From Nitrospinales bacterium (GTDB lineage: Bacteria > Nitrospinota > Nitrospinia > Nitrospinales > VA-1), in NCBI GenBank assembly GCA_965262115.1, contig OZ253496.1, positions 384,001 through 448,000 of the forward strand: a stretch of DNA of 64,000 nt, in the 5' to 3' direction. Of this stretch, positions 37,929-47,800 are shown piece after piece (positions within the stretch are counted from its first letter, which is position 1; every line of letters starts with the position of its first letter). Under the pieces are notes generated by a model. It searched no databases. It saw nothing but the letters and a program-made list of their open reading frames with translations, and was not told the DNA's origin. The position numbers and the translations under genes were made by a program.

Positions 37929-38888
37929 TTAGCAGCCGAGGCTTTTGATGGTATCTTCGATCGACATGGCGATACAGGTGAAGATGGGGGTATCCTCTTT
38001 CACATACCGGCTTCCTTCCGTTTCTCGCAACTCCTGAACCAGGTCTAGGAAATCGTCCGGAGAATCCGATTCGAAAGCCACCACGAACTCATAGTCATCG
38101 ATGCCAAAACTGTAGGTCGTGTTCAATTTGACGGTGGGATATTTGTTGCCAATATAAATATGCTCGTCCATGATCCCCTGACGGGTGAACTGAGTCAGCA
38201 GATACCACTCGCGCGTCTTGACGAAAGGATAGATGAAAAGATATTTCGCCTTGCCCGGAATGATATGCGTACGGTCTTCTTCATGCTCCGGATTGATGAA
38301 GTCCATATACATCGATCGCTTGGTCATGGAAAGATAGCTGTACTGAACATTCAAATATTTCCCCAATCCGGTCTGCAATATCCGGGTGGTCATTTTCTGG
38401 AACTCTTCCATGCTGTAGCAGATGCGCCATATCATGATATCGACATCACCACGAATTCCGACCATGGAATAACACAGTAGAATCATGTCTGAACTGTTGT
38501 CATATTCCTCAAGAATATCGATGAACTCCTTCACACCTTTATCGCGCTCTTCCTGAGGCAATCTGCGAAAAGCAGGGTCGAGCTTGTAAAACGTGAAACT
38601 AACGTATTGACGTTGGACGGGTGGTTCACCACCATTAGCTTTCTGTGCTTCTTCTCGCTTTTTGCGAGCGGCTTCCATGGCTTCGCCTTCGCGTTCCTGA
38701 CGGGCACGCGAAACCACTCCATCATCCACCACCGCGATGCTCTTGTCCTTGGCATACTGCTCGATACCGCGCACCACACTCTTGCGGACAAAAAACGGAA
38801 CATTCTTCATGCGGGTCTGGGCCTCATCGGTCCATTCCAGCTCCAACTCAGGCATGAATTCTTCTAATTCTTTATCGTCAATACTCAT
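37929..38888 (-). CDS. PCP_red domain fused to chlorite-dismutase-family (ChdC/HemQ-like) domain
   Basis: WTDEA..RMKNVPFFVRK N-domain; YPFVK, WY.L, proximal His in MDEH, SFGIDD. Confidence 0.88.
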   Translation of the reverse strand: MSIDDKELEEFMPELELEWTDEAQTRMKNVPFFVRKSVVRGIEQYAKDKSIAVVDDGVVSRARQEREGEAMEAARKKREEAQKANGGEPPVQRQYVSFTFYKLDPAFRRLPQEERDKGVKEFIDILEEYDNSSDMILLCYSMVGIRGDVDIMIWRICYSMEEFQKMTTRILQTGLGKYLNVQYSYLSMTKRSMYMDFINPEHEEDRTHIIPGKAKYLFIYPFVKTREWYLLTQFTRQGIMDEHIYIGNKYPTVKLNTTYSFGIDDYEFVVAFESDSPDDFLDLVQELRETEGSRYVKEDTPIFTCIAMSIEDTIKSLGC

Positions 38889-39067
38889 AGTTTGTTCTCA
38901 ATATAAATGGGTTTCGGAAGCCGACATTATATCTAAAACTCCATGAAAATAAAAGCCCTATTCCCCACCCCTCAAGGTGGCACTATTTCAAGGTTGCACC
39001 TAGCGAAAGCGCTTTTTAAGGCCTAAGTTAGTAGTGAGTAAATATCAGGATAAATGAGGGATTTTAT

Positions 39068-40303
39068 ATGGACTCTACCACTACCTCTTCGAGTGCACAA
39101 AGCTTTATCGACCTCGAAAATGAGTTTGGGGCAAACAACTACAGGCCTCTTGATGTCGTATTAGCCCGGGGCCAGGGCGTCTGGGTCTGGGATGTGGAAG
39201 GTAAAAGATACATGGATATGCTGGCATCGTATTCCGCCCTCAACCAGGGGCACTGCCATCCCCGCATCCTGAATGCCCTCACCGAACAAGCCAAAAAGCT
39301 TACCCTGGTTTCCCGGGCTTTCCGTAACGATCAGTTGGGTCCCTTCTATATAGAAATCTGCGAGATGACCAACTCACACAGCGTTTTGCCGATGAACAGC
39401 GGTGCCGAGGCCGTCGAAACCGCCCTCAAAGCCGCCCGCAAGTGGGGCTATAGGATTAAAGAAATCCCCGACGACATGGCCGAGATCATCGTCTGCGCCA
39501 ATAATTTTCATGGCCGGACCACCACCATCGTCGGCTTCAGCTCCGAACATCAATACCGGGACGGGTTCGGCCCCTTCGCGCCCGGATTCATCACCATCCC
39601 CTTCGGGGATGCGGAAGCCCTGGAATGGGCCATCACCCCCAATACTGTAGCCTTTCTGGTGGAACCCATTCAGGGCGAAGGCGGTATCATCATCCCACCC
39701 CACGGTTATTTGAAAAAAGTACGCGAAATCTGTGACCGCAATAACGTTTTGCTCATCCTCGACGAGATCCAGACAGTGCTCGGCAGAACGGGCAAACTTT
39801 TCGCCGAAGAACACGAGGGCATCGAGTCCGACCTTACACTGGTAGGCAAAGCGCTCTCGGGTGGAGTCTACCACGTCTCCGCCGTGCTCTCTAATAAGGA
39901 GGCCCTGGCCGTTTTCGAGCCCGGGGACCACGGCAGCACCTTCGGCGGCAACCCCCTCGCGTGCGCCGTGGCACGCGAAGCATTGGCAGTCATAGAAGAT
40001 GAAAATCTCGTTGAAAGATCCCTATTTATGGGGCATTACCTTAAGGAATCTCTCAGGAATATTATCTCACCTTACGTCAAAGAAGTGCGCGGCATGGGAC
40101 TTCTGATCGGGGTCGAACTGAAGAAATCCGCTGGCGGTGCAAGGAAGTTCTGCGAAGCGCTGATGGAGAAAGGCATCCTCTGCAAAGAGACGCAGAAACA
40201 CGTGATCCGTTTCGCCCCACCACTCACCATCACCAAAGAAGAACTCGACTGGGCCCTCGAACGCATCGAGAGTGTATTGACCCCCATCAATAAACACCGA
40301 TAA
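39068..40303 (+). CDS. rocD: Ornithine aminotransferase
   Basis: [46 protein letters not shown]. Confidence 0.93.
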   Translation: MDSTTTSSSAQSFIDLENEFGANNYRPLDVVLARGQGVWVWDVEGKRYMDMLASYSALNQGHCHPRILNALTEQAKKLTLVSRAFRNDQLGPFYIEICEMTNSHSVLPMNSGAEAVETALKAARKWGYRIKEIPDDMAEIIVCANNFHGRTTTIVGFSSEHQYRDGFGPFAPGFITIPFGDAEALEWAITPNTVAFLVEPIQGEGGIIIPPHGYLKKVREICDRNNVLLILDEIQTVLGRTGKLFAEEHEGIESDLTLVGKALSGGVYHVSAVLSNKEALAVFEPGDHGSTFGGNPLACAVAREALAVIEDENLVERSLFMGHYLKESLRNIISPYVKEVRGMGLLIGVELKKSAGGARKFCEALMEKGILCKETQKHVIRFAPPLTITKEELDWALERIESVLTPINKHR

Positions 40304-40378
40304 CAAAGAATAAATCCCTCCCTTGGTAAGGAGACCTTTGCGTAAGTCAAAAAATCGAAGAATCGAGATGCTTCGACA

Positions 40379-40417
40379 TACCCCTCCGGGGCAAGAAAGC
40401 AATGGTTAAATATCACT
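40379..40417 (-). mobile_element. Micro-element B, copy 8
   Basis: Same site as B2. Confidence 0.72.
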
Positions 40418-40475
40418 AGCTCAGCATGACAATACTGGGCCATTTTGTCATTCTGAAGAGCGTACGCGATGAAGA

Positions 40476-40514
40476 CGTGATATTTTTCCCTAACCTTCGT
40501 GCCCCGGAGGGGTA
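40476..40514 (+). mobile_element. Micro-element B, copy 9
   Basis: Absent from C1; removal restores GAAGA|ATCTC. Confidence 0.78.
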
Positions 40515-40627
40515 ATCTCGGGTTATGCAAAGCTCTCCTTGTCAGGGGAGGAGCTTTTTAAATTATCCCAATTCGTACTTGTGGTCAATCATCCCGGCCC
40601 ATGCTTGAGGTAAATCACCCCAGCCCT

Positions 40628-40667
40628 TGTGATATTCCTTCACCAGTTCTCATGCCCGGTACGGGTA
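40628..40667 (+). mobile_element. Micro-element B, copy 10
   Basis: tgtgatattcc...catgcccggtacgggta inside a CCCT..CTTTTAAAAGAAGGG palindrome. Confidence 0.7.
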
Positions 40668-40687
40668 CTTTTAAAAGAAGGGTTTTT

Positions 40688-40715
40688 ATCTGTGTCTATC
40701 TGTGTTCATCGGTGG
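40688..40715. repeat. ATCTGTGT(C/T)(T/C) 10-mer tandem (GxxExxY-locus-type repeat)
   Basis: ATCTGTGTCT ATCTGTGTTC ATCGGTGG overlapping the SBP stop. Confidence 0.6.
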
Positions 40716-42820
40716 CTGAATTGCGGTATTTGTGGCAGTTTTTTCCATTTGTTGAAGTAGTAGCGGATTCTGCCGTCTTTGGTGGGGTAAATCCTTTCAT
40801 ACCTTTTCTCACCACCCTCTTCTGCCTCAACTATCACGATCTTTTTGTCGAGAAGTTGGGTGGATTTCGCCACATAAAGAAACGTATAAGGCTGATCGTG
40901 GGCGATCATGCGATGCAGTTCCCGCGCCATGGTGATTTGCTTAGTCCGGTCATATTCCCGGCGGATTCTTGTGATCAGCCTGTCCGCCTCCTCATTCTTA
41001 TAACCGACAAAATTCAACTGGCGGGGTCCCGCCTGGCTCGAATGCCAGATCTGGTACAGATCCGGATCGATGCCCATGCTCCACCCTAAAACCAGTGCAT
41101 CGTATTTGAGGGCATTCACAAAATCTTTGAGGAACACGGCCCACTCGAAAAGCTGGGTGTTGCATTTGATACCGATCTTGCGCCAGCTTTCCTGCACGAT
41201 GGTAAGGATATTTTTGCGCACCGGGTTGCCGCTGTTGGTGATGAGGTTGAACTCGAAGATTTTACCGTCTTTTTCCAACCATCCCTCTGCATTCTTCTTC
41301 CACCCTTTATTGTTGAGGATCGCCAGTGCCCCTTCGGGGTCGTACGCAAGTGGTTTTACTTCGGCGTCATACCAGTCGGTGATTTTCGGGTAAGGTCCGG
41401 TCACCCTCTCGCCTTCGCCGTAAAGGATGTATTGTATGATCGGGTCAATGTCTATCGCCATACCGAGGGCCACGCGTATATCTCTATCCGCAAACAAGGG
41501 ATTGCGCAGGTTATACCCTATATAGGAATAGAAATAGCCGAGGCTGGAAAAGCTCTGGTATTTGTCTTCTTTGGAAAACCGCGCCACCTGATGCGGCTGC
41601 ACGGAGTAGTTATCGACCGCCCCGGCATAGAACTCCATCTCGGACGTCAAACTATCAGGAATGATGCGCATGACATATTCTTGGTATTCGGGTGCGCCGT
41701 CCCAATAGTTATCATTGCGGGTCAGACGTATCTGCTCGTCAGACTGCCACTCGGCGAACTTGAAGGGTCCGGTTCCTATTGGATGTCGGCCAAAGTTGCT
41801 GTCCCTCATGATGAAGGCTTCGGCATCGCGCCCTCTTTCGTTGGCTTCGGCGAGGAGTTTTTGTGGGTTGAGCAGATGTTCGGGCAGGATGCCCATGCTC
41901 CACGAGTTGATCGCCGGTGAGAACAGGCGTTTGTAAGTGAAGCGGATTTTATACGGTCCCAGCACCGTGGCATTTTTTACCGGTTCGTAATCGGATTTCC
42001 GTGGCGAGGTTCCCTTTGGGTTCATGATTGAATTATAGGTGAACAACACATCGCCGGAATCGAACGGGTGGCCGTCGTGAAAGGTGACGTCTTTTCTGAG
42101 CTCGAAAACGATGACCGGGTTGTGTTCGGTGAGCGGCAGTATTTCTTTGTAATGGGCTTGCAGTTTTTCCTGGTTGGCCGGTTCGTCAGCGCGGATGAAT
42201 TTATCGTAAGGAAACTTATTGAAATAGTCTTCGCTCAACCATTGCTGGATGGGAGTGAAGAAATCCTGATCGATTTTTTCGAGGGTGAATTTCAGTCGCG
42301 GCGGCTGGTGCACGGTGTAGGGGATTTTGCCCGGCTCAGCTTTTGGGTCCGATTGAGGCAGTTTAATTTCTCCCTGCACAATTTTTCCGGGGATGACTTC
42401 GATGGAGCGCAGGTTTTTGGTCCATGCCTTGTTGTGCTGAAGTGCGGCAAGCAGGGTGTTGGGCCAGTCTGCCACGGTGTCGTCGATAGTGCCTCCGGGT
42501 AAAAAGGTGGATGTGTTGAGTGTCAGGGTGGCTTCTTCGAATTGGGTCCATGATTTGGCAAGCCGGGGGCGATATTTCAGGTTTTGGTCGAGGTCAATGA
42601 GTCCGTCAAAAACCAGATCATTGATGGAACTGGAGGAGGTATCGGCGCTTAAAATCGGGTTTAATAGATGCGCATCGCCGCTGGAGCCCTGGACATATTT
42701 GACCAGCCGGGCCGGGTTGCCCACTGCCTGTTTATCGTATGTGGGCACCCAGAAAAAGGATTGCAGGAGAAACAGGACCAGCGCAATGGGGAGATAGATA
42801 AGAATTCTTTTGACAATCAT
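40706..42820 (-). CDS. ABC peptide/nickel-family substrate-binding protein (SBP family 5) with large insertion
   Basis: LNPIL, LAKSW, LRKDVTFHDG.PF, PIGTGPF, YIGYNL. Confidence 0.9.
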   Translation of the reverse strand: MIVKRILIYLPIALVLFLLQSFFWVPTYDKQAVGNPARLVKYVQGSSGDAHLLNPILSADTSSSSINDLVFDGLIDLDQNLKYRPRLAKSWTQFEEATLTLNTSTFLPGGTIDDTVADWPNTLLAALQHNKAWTKNLRSIEVIPGKIVQGEIKLPQSDPKAEPGKIPYTVHQPPRLKFTLEKIDQDFFTPIQQWLSEDYFNKFPYDKFIRADEPANQEKLQAHYKEILPLTEHNPVIVFELRKDVTFHDGHPFDSGDVLFTYNSIMNPKGTSPRKSDYEPVKNATVLGPYKIRFTYKRLFSPAINSWSMGILPEHLLNPQKLLAEANERGRDAEAFIMRDSNFGRHPIGTGPFKFAEWQSDEQIRLTRNDNYWDGAPEYQEYVMRIIPDSLTSEMEFYAGAVDNYSVQPHQVARFSKEDKYQSFSSLGYFYSYIGYNLRNPLFADRDIRVALGMAIDIDPIIQYILYGEGERVTGPYPKITDWYDAEVKPLAYDPEGALAILNNKGWKKNAEGWLEKDGKIFEFNLITNSGNPVRKNILTIVQESWRKIGIKCNTQLFEWAVFLKDFVNALKYDALVLGWSMGIDPDLYQIWHSSQAGPRQLNFVGYKNEEADRLITRIRREYDRTKQITMARELHRMIAHDQPYTFLYVAKSTQLLDKKIVIVEAEEGGEKRYERIYPTKDGRIRYYFNKWKKLPQIPQFSHR

Positions 42821-43117
42821 AATGAAATCATATCAAATCAATGGAGGAAACAGGGTTAATTTTCGCCAGAAAGCGCCGATAAAGGAGACAAGTTAGTTTC
42901 TTGTAAAGCTTTGTGGATCAATGGTGAACCTGTGGTTTTTCAAGGGCATTTCCAATTCGGGCTGTTTTCCAAAAAAAACTTGACTTGCTCTGAAATTGAC
43001 TATAGTTTGGAGCACCTTTAAGAAAACGGTTGCACTTTAAATTTAAAACGTAATTTTGCGGTTAACTATATAATTCAGTTCTTTTGAGATCACTAACCAC
43101 TTAGAAGGAAAAACAAG

Positions 43118-43444
43118 ATGTCGACACTTATCACTGACGAATGTATCAATTGTGGCGTATGCGAACCAGAATGTCCTAACACGGCGATCAGCGAAGGCGA
43201 AGATTTTTATGAAATCGAAGCGGATCTTTGTACCGAGTGTGTAGGGTTTCATGGCGAAGAAGCCTGCCAGGAGGTTTGTCCGGTTGACTGTTGTATTCCC
43301 AATGAGGAACATAAAGAGACAGAAGAAGATCTGTTGGAAAAAGCGAGGAAAATTCATCCTGATGAAACTTTTCCGTCAACTGATGAACTGACCAACGAGA
43401 CTTCTCTTTTCCGCAATCCAGATCGGAAAAACGCAAACCTGTAG
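43118..43444 (+). CDS. YfhL-family 2x[4Fe-4S] ferredoxin
   Basis: CINCGVCEPECP, CTECVG...CQEVCPVDC. Confidence 0.93.
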   Translation: MSTLITDECINCGVCEPECPNTAISEGEDFYEIEADLCTECVGFHGEEACQEVCPVDCCIPNEEHKETEEDLLEKARKIHPDETFPSTDELTNETSLFRNPDRKNANL

Positions 43445-43583
43445 TTCTCAAACATGCGGGCTCTGGGCTTGGGCAAGTCCCCCAAAAGGCCCGTTTCTTT
43501 TCTTCAGAAGATGCAGTGTTGGGCCTCTGGCGCTTGACAACGCGTCTCACATCAGTAATAGTTCAATAATTATTCAGTATCGT

Positions 43584-43660
<77 letters not shown>

Positions 43661-43671
43661 ATATTATGAGG

Positions 43672-43704
43672 CATCTATGGGAATCAACCCGTAGGTGATT
43701 TTTT
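43672..43704 (+). terminator. Terminator after tRNA
   Basis: CATCTATGGG-AATCAA-CCCGTAGGTG then ATTTTTT. Confidence 0.65.
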
Positions 43705-43803
43705 GCTTTCGGATTCTACTTGCCAACTTGTTGCTAAAGTTTTTGAAACAGAAATAAGGCAAATAATATGTGATAGGCTATTTAAAAAAGACGGTTTTTT
43801 ATT

Positions 43804-44157
43804 ATGACAGAAATAATAACTTCATTATCTTTAGCTGAACTGATTGCTTCATTGGCTTTACTTGTTGCGCTAAGTTCATTTTCTTATACGCGACGTGCCA
43901 TTAAAACCTCGTTAAAGCCCGATCTGGTTTTGGAGCATGACTTTAAATCGCCGGAAAAAATGCGAATCCGGGTAAGAAATGATGGCATAGGGCCAGCAAA
44001 AATTATTAAAGTTAAAGTTTCTTTAAAGGGGTTTTCAAAAAACATAATCATGATACCGGGTGGAAATATGTTACATACCAACGGAAGCCCTTGGGAGTTG
44101 AGTTTGACAACTATGGGCTTAAACCGGGAGACACTCTCATTTCCAGAAAAGAAATAA
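43804..44157 (+). CDS. AT-rich hypothetical membrane protein (possibly truncated)
   Basis: N-terminal TM, RNDGIGPA motif. Confidence 0.55.
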   Translation: MTEIITSLSLAELIASLALLVALSSFSYTRRAIKTSLKPDLVLEHDFKSPEKMRIRVRNDGIGPAKIIKVKVSLKGFSKNIIMIPGGNMLHTNGSPWELSLTTMGLNRETLSFPEKK

Positions 44158-44319
44158 GTTTAATAAAGTTAAGCACCAGTGGTGCCCTGGGGAAGATTGA
44201 GAAGGAAGTGAAGAACTTTCTCCTATATGCAAGCGATCTAAAGTTTGAAATAAAATATTAATCCTACGACAAGGGAATGCAGGAATCCGTAACGTGGGAT
44301 GGCCCAAAAAAAAACCTGT

Positions 44320-44564
44320 TTGGTAAATTTTGATCTCCGTTTCGATGTAGTTATATAAGTAACCCTTTATATTAAAGGCCAAAAAGAGGACGATAAGGAT
44401 ATAGAGATTACCGACCTCGAAGGCTTCTCTCCCCGCACATGGACAACCGTGGATTATGAAGCAGGAGGCAGATACTCGGCCTATTACCTCCCCCACCTGA
44501 ATTTCAAGGCTCTCATCACATCCATACAATGGGGAAAAGGCCCACAATCGGGAAGCAGTCCATG
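44320..44564 (+). pseudogene. Degraded gene fragment
   Basis: LVNFDLRFDVVI*VTLYIKGQKEDDKDIEITDLEGFSPRTWTTVDYEAGG reads protein-like across a stop. Confidence 0.4.
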
Positions 44565-44654
44565 AAATTCACTATATGGGAATAAACCTGTTTAAATTCC
44601 TATCATTTTATTGAGAGATATTTAAGGAGCGGCGCATGGCTCGTATAGTTGCGA

Positions 44655-44912
44655 TTATGAGTCAAACTTTAGTTTCATAACCAGAATTGTTAAAGCTAAA
44701 ACCAAAGTGACCGCGTTCCAGAATATCATGGGAGTTTCCTGAAGTAAAAACCCATAAACCAGCCAGCACATTACCCCCGCACTAAAAACAGAAAACATCC
44801 CTAAAGAAAGGTCAGAGGCCGATCTGCTTTTCCATGTCTTCATCACCTGTGGCAGAAAAGAAATAGTCGTTAAAAATCCTGCGAAATACCCCAATATAGT
44901 GGTCGTTCTCAT
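44655..44912 (-). CDS. SemiSWEET/PQ-loop transporter
   Basis: TTISFLPQV.KTW, WLVYG, N. Confidence 0.9.
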   Translation of the reverse strand: MRTTTILGYFAGFLTTISFLPQVMKTWKSRSASDLSLGMFSVFSAGVMCWLVYGFLLQETPMIFWNAVTLVLALTILVMKLKFDS

Positions 44913-44936
44913 TTCATTAAGCCTCAAAATTTCAAG

Positions 44937-45380
44937 TTAATTTCTTCGAATCAAAAAGAATCCGCCAACCAGCAAAAAGACACCAAGCAGTCGGACTGCA
45001 TTCATTTTTTGTACGGGAAAACCGAGCCATCCATAATGGTCGATCAAGACCGAAGCGATTAACTGGCCAGCAAGCAGTATTCCGATCAGAGCGAGCGCTC
45101 CAATTTTTGGACCAGCAATTATGGAACCCAAAACCACCGCGGCACCTATGAGGCCTCCTGTCCATAGCCAGACAGGCATGGCGGCAATTGGCCCAACCGC
45201 TGGGAAAGGGACTCTTAAAAACACGACACTTGCTAAAAGGCATATTGCTCCCACAGCGAATGAAATCAATGCCGCCAGCACCGGGCTGTTGACAAACCGA
45301 GCCAGTTCCGCATTAATGCCGACTTGTACGGGCAACAGGAACCCCACAAAAAATGCCAGCGAAGTATAAAGATAATTCAT
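44937..45380 (-). CDS. DMT family transporter (YdcZ/DUF606)
   Basis: Q.GINA.L, WTGGLIGA, GQL.ASVLIDHYG. Confidence 0.9.
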   Translation of the reverse strand: MNYLYTSLAFFVGFLLPVQVGINAELARFVNSPVLAALISFAVGAICLLASVVFLRVPFPAVGPIAAMPVWLWTGGLIGAAVVLGSIIAGPKIGALALIGILLAGQLIASVLIDHYGWLGFPVQKMNAVRLLGVFLLVGGFFLIRRN

Positions 45381-45408
45381 AGTGCCTCCGTCAAAAAAAC
45401 CAGTTTTG

Positions 45409-45732
45409 CTATTCTTCCGCCAACTCTTCTGCCAGCTCAATGATCAGCTTGAGGAAACCTATAAGGCGCAGTCGATCATCATCACCCTCGTCATTGTCAT
45501 CGTCATCCATATCCTTCAGCCAGTTTTCATAACCATATTGCACCAGTTGAGTTCTTCCTGAGAATCCATTTCCCCGGTCAGCCTGAAGATCGCTCAGGCA
45601 TAAAAATTCTTCCTTAGCCTGGTTACTGACTTCGGAAAAACTTTCAGGGCCATGGATATATCTATAAACCGTAGAGGTTTTGGGCAAGTGTTGTGACAAT
45701 TCAATTAAAATGGGATGCGTTTGAGAATTCAT
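45409..45732 (-). CDS. Hypothetical protein
   Basis: 107-aa ORF with acidic tract. Confidence 0.65.
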   Translation of the reverse strand: MNSQTHPILIELSQHLPKTSTVYRYIHGPESFSEVSNQAKEEFLCLSDLQADRGNGFSGRTQLVQYGYENWLKDMDDDDNDEGDDDRLRLIGFLKLIIELAEELAEE

Positions 45733-45864
45733 GATATATAAAGGTAATAGGTTGTAATGAGTTAAGGTATTCTTCGACTTAAGTTGCAAGAAAAAAAATT
45801 TAAACCATTATAGGGCACTTTTATTTCCAAGGCCTTCCTATATTTCAATGAAAGGGCTAAAAAT

Positions 45865-47217
45865 ATGCTGGCACGAAACAGAACCTTGAATCACGACGAA
45901 TTTATGGAAGGATTGATCAAAAGAAATCCTGGAGAAATTGAATTCCATCAGGCAGTTGAAGAAGTTGCCGCCAGCGTTATTCCTTTCATCAATGATCACC
46001 CTAAATACATCGAAAATCAAATTCTCGAGCGAATGACCGAGCCGGACCGGACGATCATTTTCCGGGTTTCTTGGGAAGATGATGAAGGGCATATCCGTAC
46101 CAACCACGGTTACCGAGTACAATTCAACAACGCCATTGGACCTTATAAGGGCGGCCTCCGCTTTCACCCCTCTGTCAACTTAAGCATCCTCAAGTTTCTG
46201 GGTTTTGAACAAACATTCAAAAACAGCCTGACCACTCTTCCCATGGGCTCAGGAAAAGGCGGGTCGGATTTTAACCCCAAGGGGAAGTCCGAGCGGGAAA
46301 TCATGCGCTTTTGTCAGGCATTTATGACAGAACTCTCCAAGCATATCGGTGAAAACGTGGATGTTCCTGCCGGAGATATTGGGGTGGGTGCAAGGGAAAT
46401 CAGTTTTATGTTTGGTCAATATAAGCGTCTGCAAAATGAGTTCACAGGGACTTTGACCGGAAAGGCCCTTGAATTCGGAGGAAGCCTGATACGAAAAGAA
46501 GCCACGGGCTATGGTTGTGCCTATTTCATGGAGGAAATGCTGAAACATCAGGGCGACTCCATCGAAGGAAAAACCTGTCTGGTCTCAGGCTCCGGTAATG
46601 TCGCACAATTTGCTGCTCAGAAAATAATGCATTTGGGAGGAAAAGTCGTAACCCTTTCCGACTCCTTGGGGTTTATTCACGATCCTGATGGGCTCAATGA
46701 AGAAAAGCTGGAATACATCATCGATTTAAAAACCAACCGCCGGGGAAGAATCTCTGAATACGCTGAAAAGTTCAAATGCAAATTCTATAAAGATAAAAGA
46801 CCTTGGTCCTTAAAGGGAGACCTGGCATTTCCTTGTGCCACTCAAAACGAAATCGAATTAGAGGATGCCAAACATCTGGTAAAAAATGGTTTTAAGGCCC
46901 TCTCGGAAGGTGCTAACATGCCCACCACTCATGAAGCGGTTAAGGCCTTGCTTAAAGCTAAAATCATCTTCGCGCCGGGAAAAGCCGCCAATGCGGGAGG
47001 CGTTTCAGTATCCGGACTCGAAATGACGCAAAACAGCATTCGCCTGGCATGGGAACGGGAAGAACTGGAGGAACGCTTGAGAACTATCATGCATGCTATC
47101 CACCAGCAATGCATTGACTATGGAACCGAAAAAGATCACGTTGATTATGTTAAAGGAGCCAACCTTGCAGGCTTTGTAAAAGTCGCCGACGCAATGGTTG
47201 CTTATGGCGTGATCTAG
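45865..47217 (+). CDS. gdhA: NADP-specific glutamate dehydrogenase
   Basis: GPYKGGLRFHP, DVPAGDIGVG, GSGNVA, EGANMP. Confidence 0.97.
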   Translation: MLARNRTLNHDEFMEGLIKRNPGEIEFHQAVEEVAASVIPFINDHPKYIENQILERMTEPDRTIIFRVSWEDDEGHIRTNHGYRVQFNNAIGPYKGGLRFHPSVNLSILKFLGFEQTFKNSLTTLPMGSGKGGSDFNPKGKSEREIMRFCQAFMTELSKHIGENVDVPAGDIGVGAREISFMFGQYKRLQNEFTGTLTGKALEFGGSLIRKEATGYGCAYFMEEMLKHQGDSIEGKTCLVSGSGNVAQFAAQKIMHLGGKVVTLSDSLGFIHDPDGLNEEKLEYIIDLKTNRRGRISEYAEKFKCKFYKDKRPWSLKGDLAFPCATQNEIELEDAKHLVKNGFKALSEGANMPTTHEAVKALLKAKIIFAPGKAANAGGVSVSGLEMTQNSIRLAWEREELEERLRTIMHAIHQQCIDYGTEKDHVDYVKGANLAGFVKVADAMVAYGVI

Positions 47218-47288
47218 TTGTAAAACCGTAACCCAATTCATTAAGCCACGTTTCAGCTATTCAAACATCAAAATCAGGACTATCACCT

Positions 47289-47792
47289 ATGGCCTCCAAA
47301 AGTTCATCTTTTGACATTGTTTCCACAACCGATATGGCAGAGGTTCAAAACGCCTGCAACCAGACCATGCTTGAAATTAGACAGCGATTTGATTTCAAGG
47401 GAAGCAAAAGCAAGGTCGACCTGGATATGAAAAAGGCCCAGGTCACCATTCTTGCAGATGATGGCCACAAACTTAAATCTGTCATCGATATTTTGCAAAG
47501 CAAGCTGATCAAAAGAAAGGTATCGATTAAAGCATTGGAATATGGAAATGTTGAACCCGCTTCAGGAGATACCGTCCGACAGGTCATTACTATCCAACAG
47601 GGAATTCCTCAGGATAAGGGAAAGGAAATCATGAAATTTATAAAAGGCCTGGGCTTAAAAAAAATCCAAGCTCAGATAACGGATGATCAGGTTCGTGTGT
47701 CTGGAAAGGATAAAGATGACCTGCAATCGGTCATAGCAAATCTGAAGGAGAAAGACTTCGGAATCGATATGTCATTCACGAACTACCGATAA
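47289..47792 (+). CDS. yajQ: YajQ nucleotide-binding protein
   Basis: SFDIVS, RFDFKG, VRVSGK..DDLQ, FTNYR. Confidence 0.95.
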   Translation: MASKSSSFDIVSTTDMAEVQNACNQTMLEIRQRFDFKGSKSKVDLDMKKAQVTILADDGHKLKSVIDILQSKLIKRKVSIKALEYGNVEPASGDTVRQVITIQQGIPQDKGKEIMKFIKGLGLKKIQAQITDDQVRVSGKDKDDLQSVIANLKEKDFGIDMSFTNYR

Positions 47793-47800
47793 AGCGCAGT

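Larger units (their letters stand above)
40331..40537 (+). mobile_element. MITE C, copy 3 (two B insertions)
   Basis: TIRs GAGACCTTTGCGTAA / TTATGCAAAGCTCTC; flanks CTTGGTAAG / CTTGTCAGG (6/9 match). Confidence 0.8.

Noticed and set aside
6859..40667. Element B or repeat A as CRISPR repeats
   Set aside because: Copies are dispersed, in both orientations and divergent, with no repeat-spacer periodicity and no cas genes.
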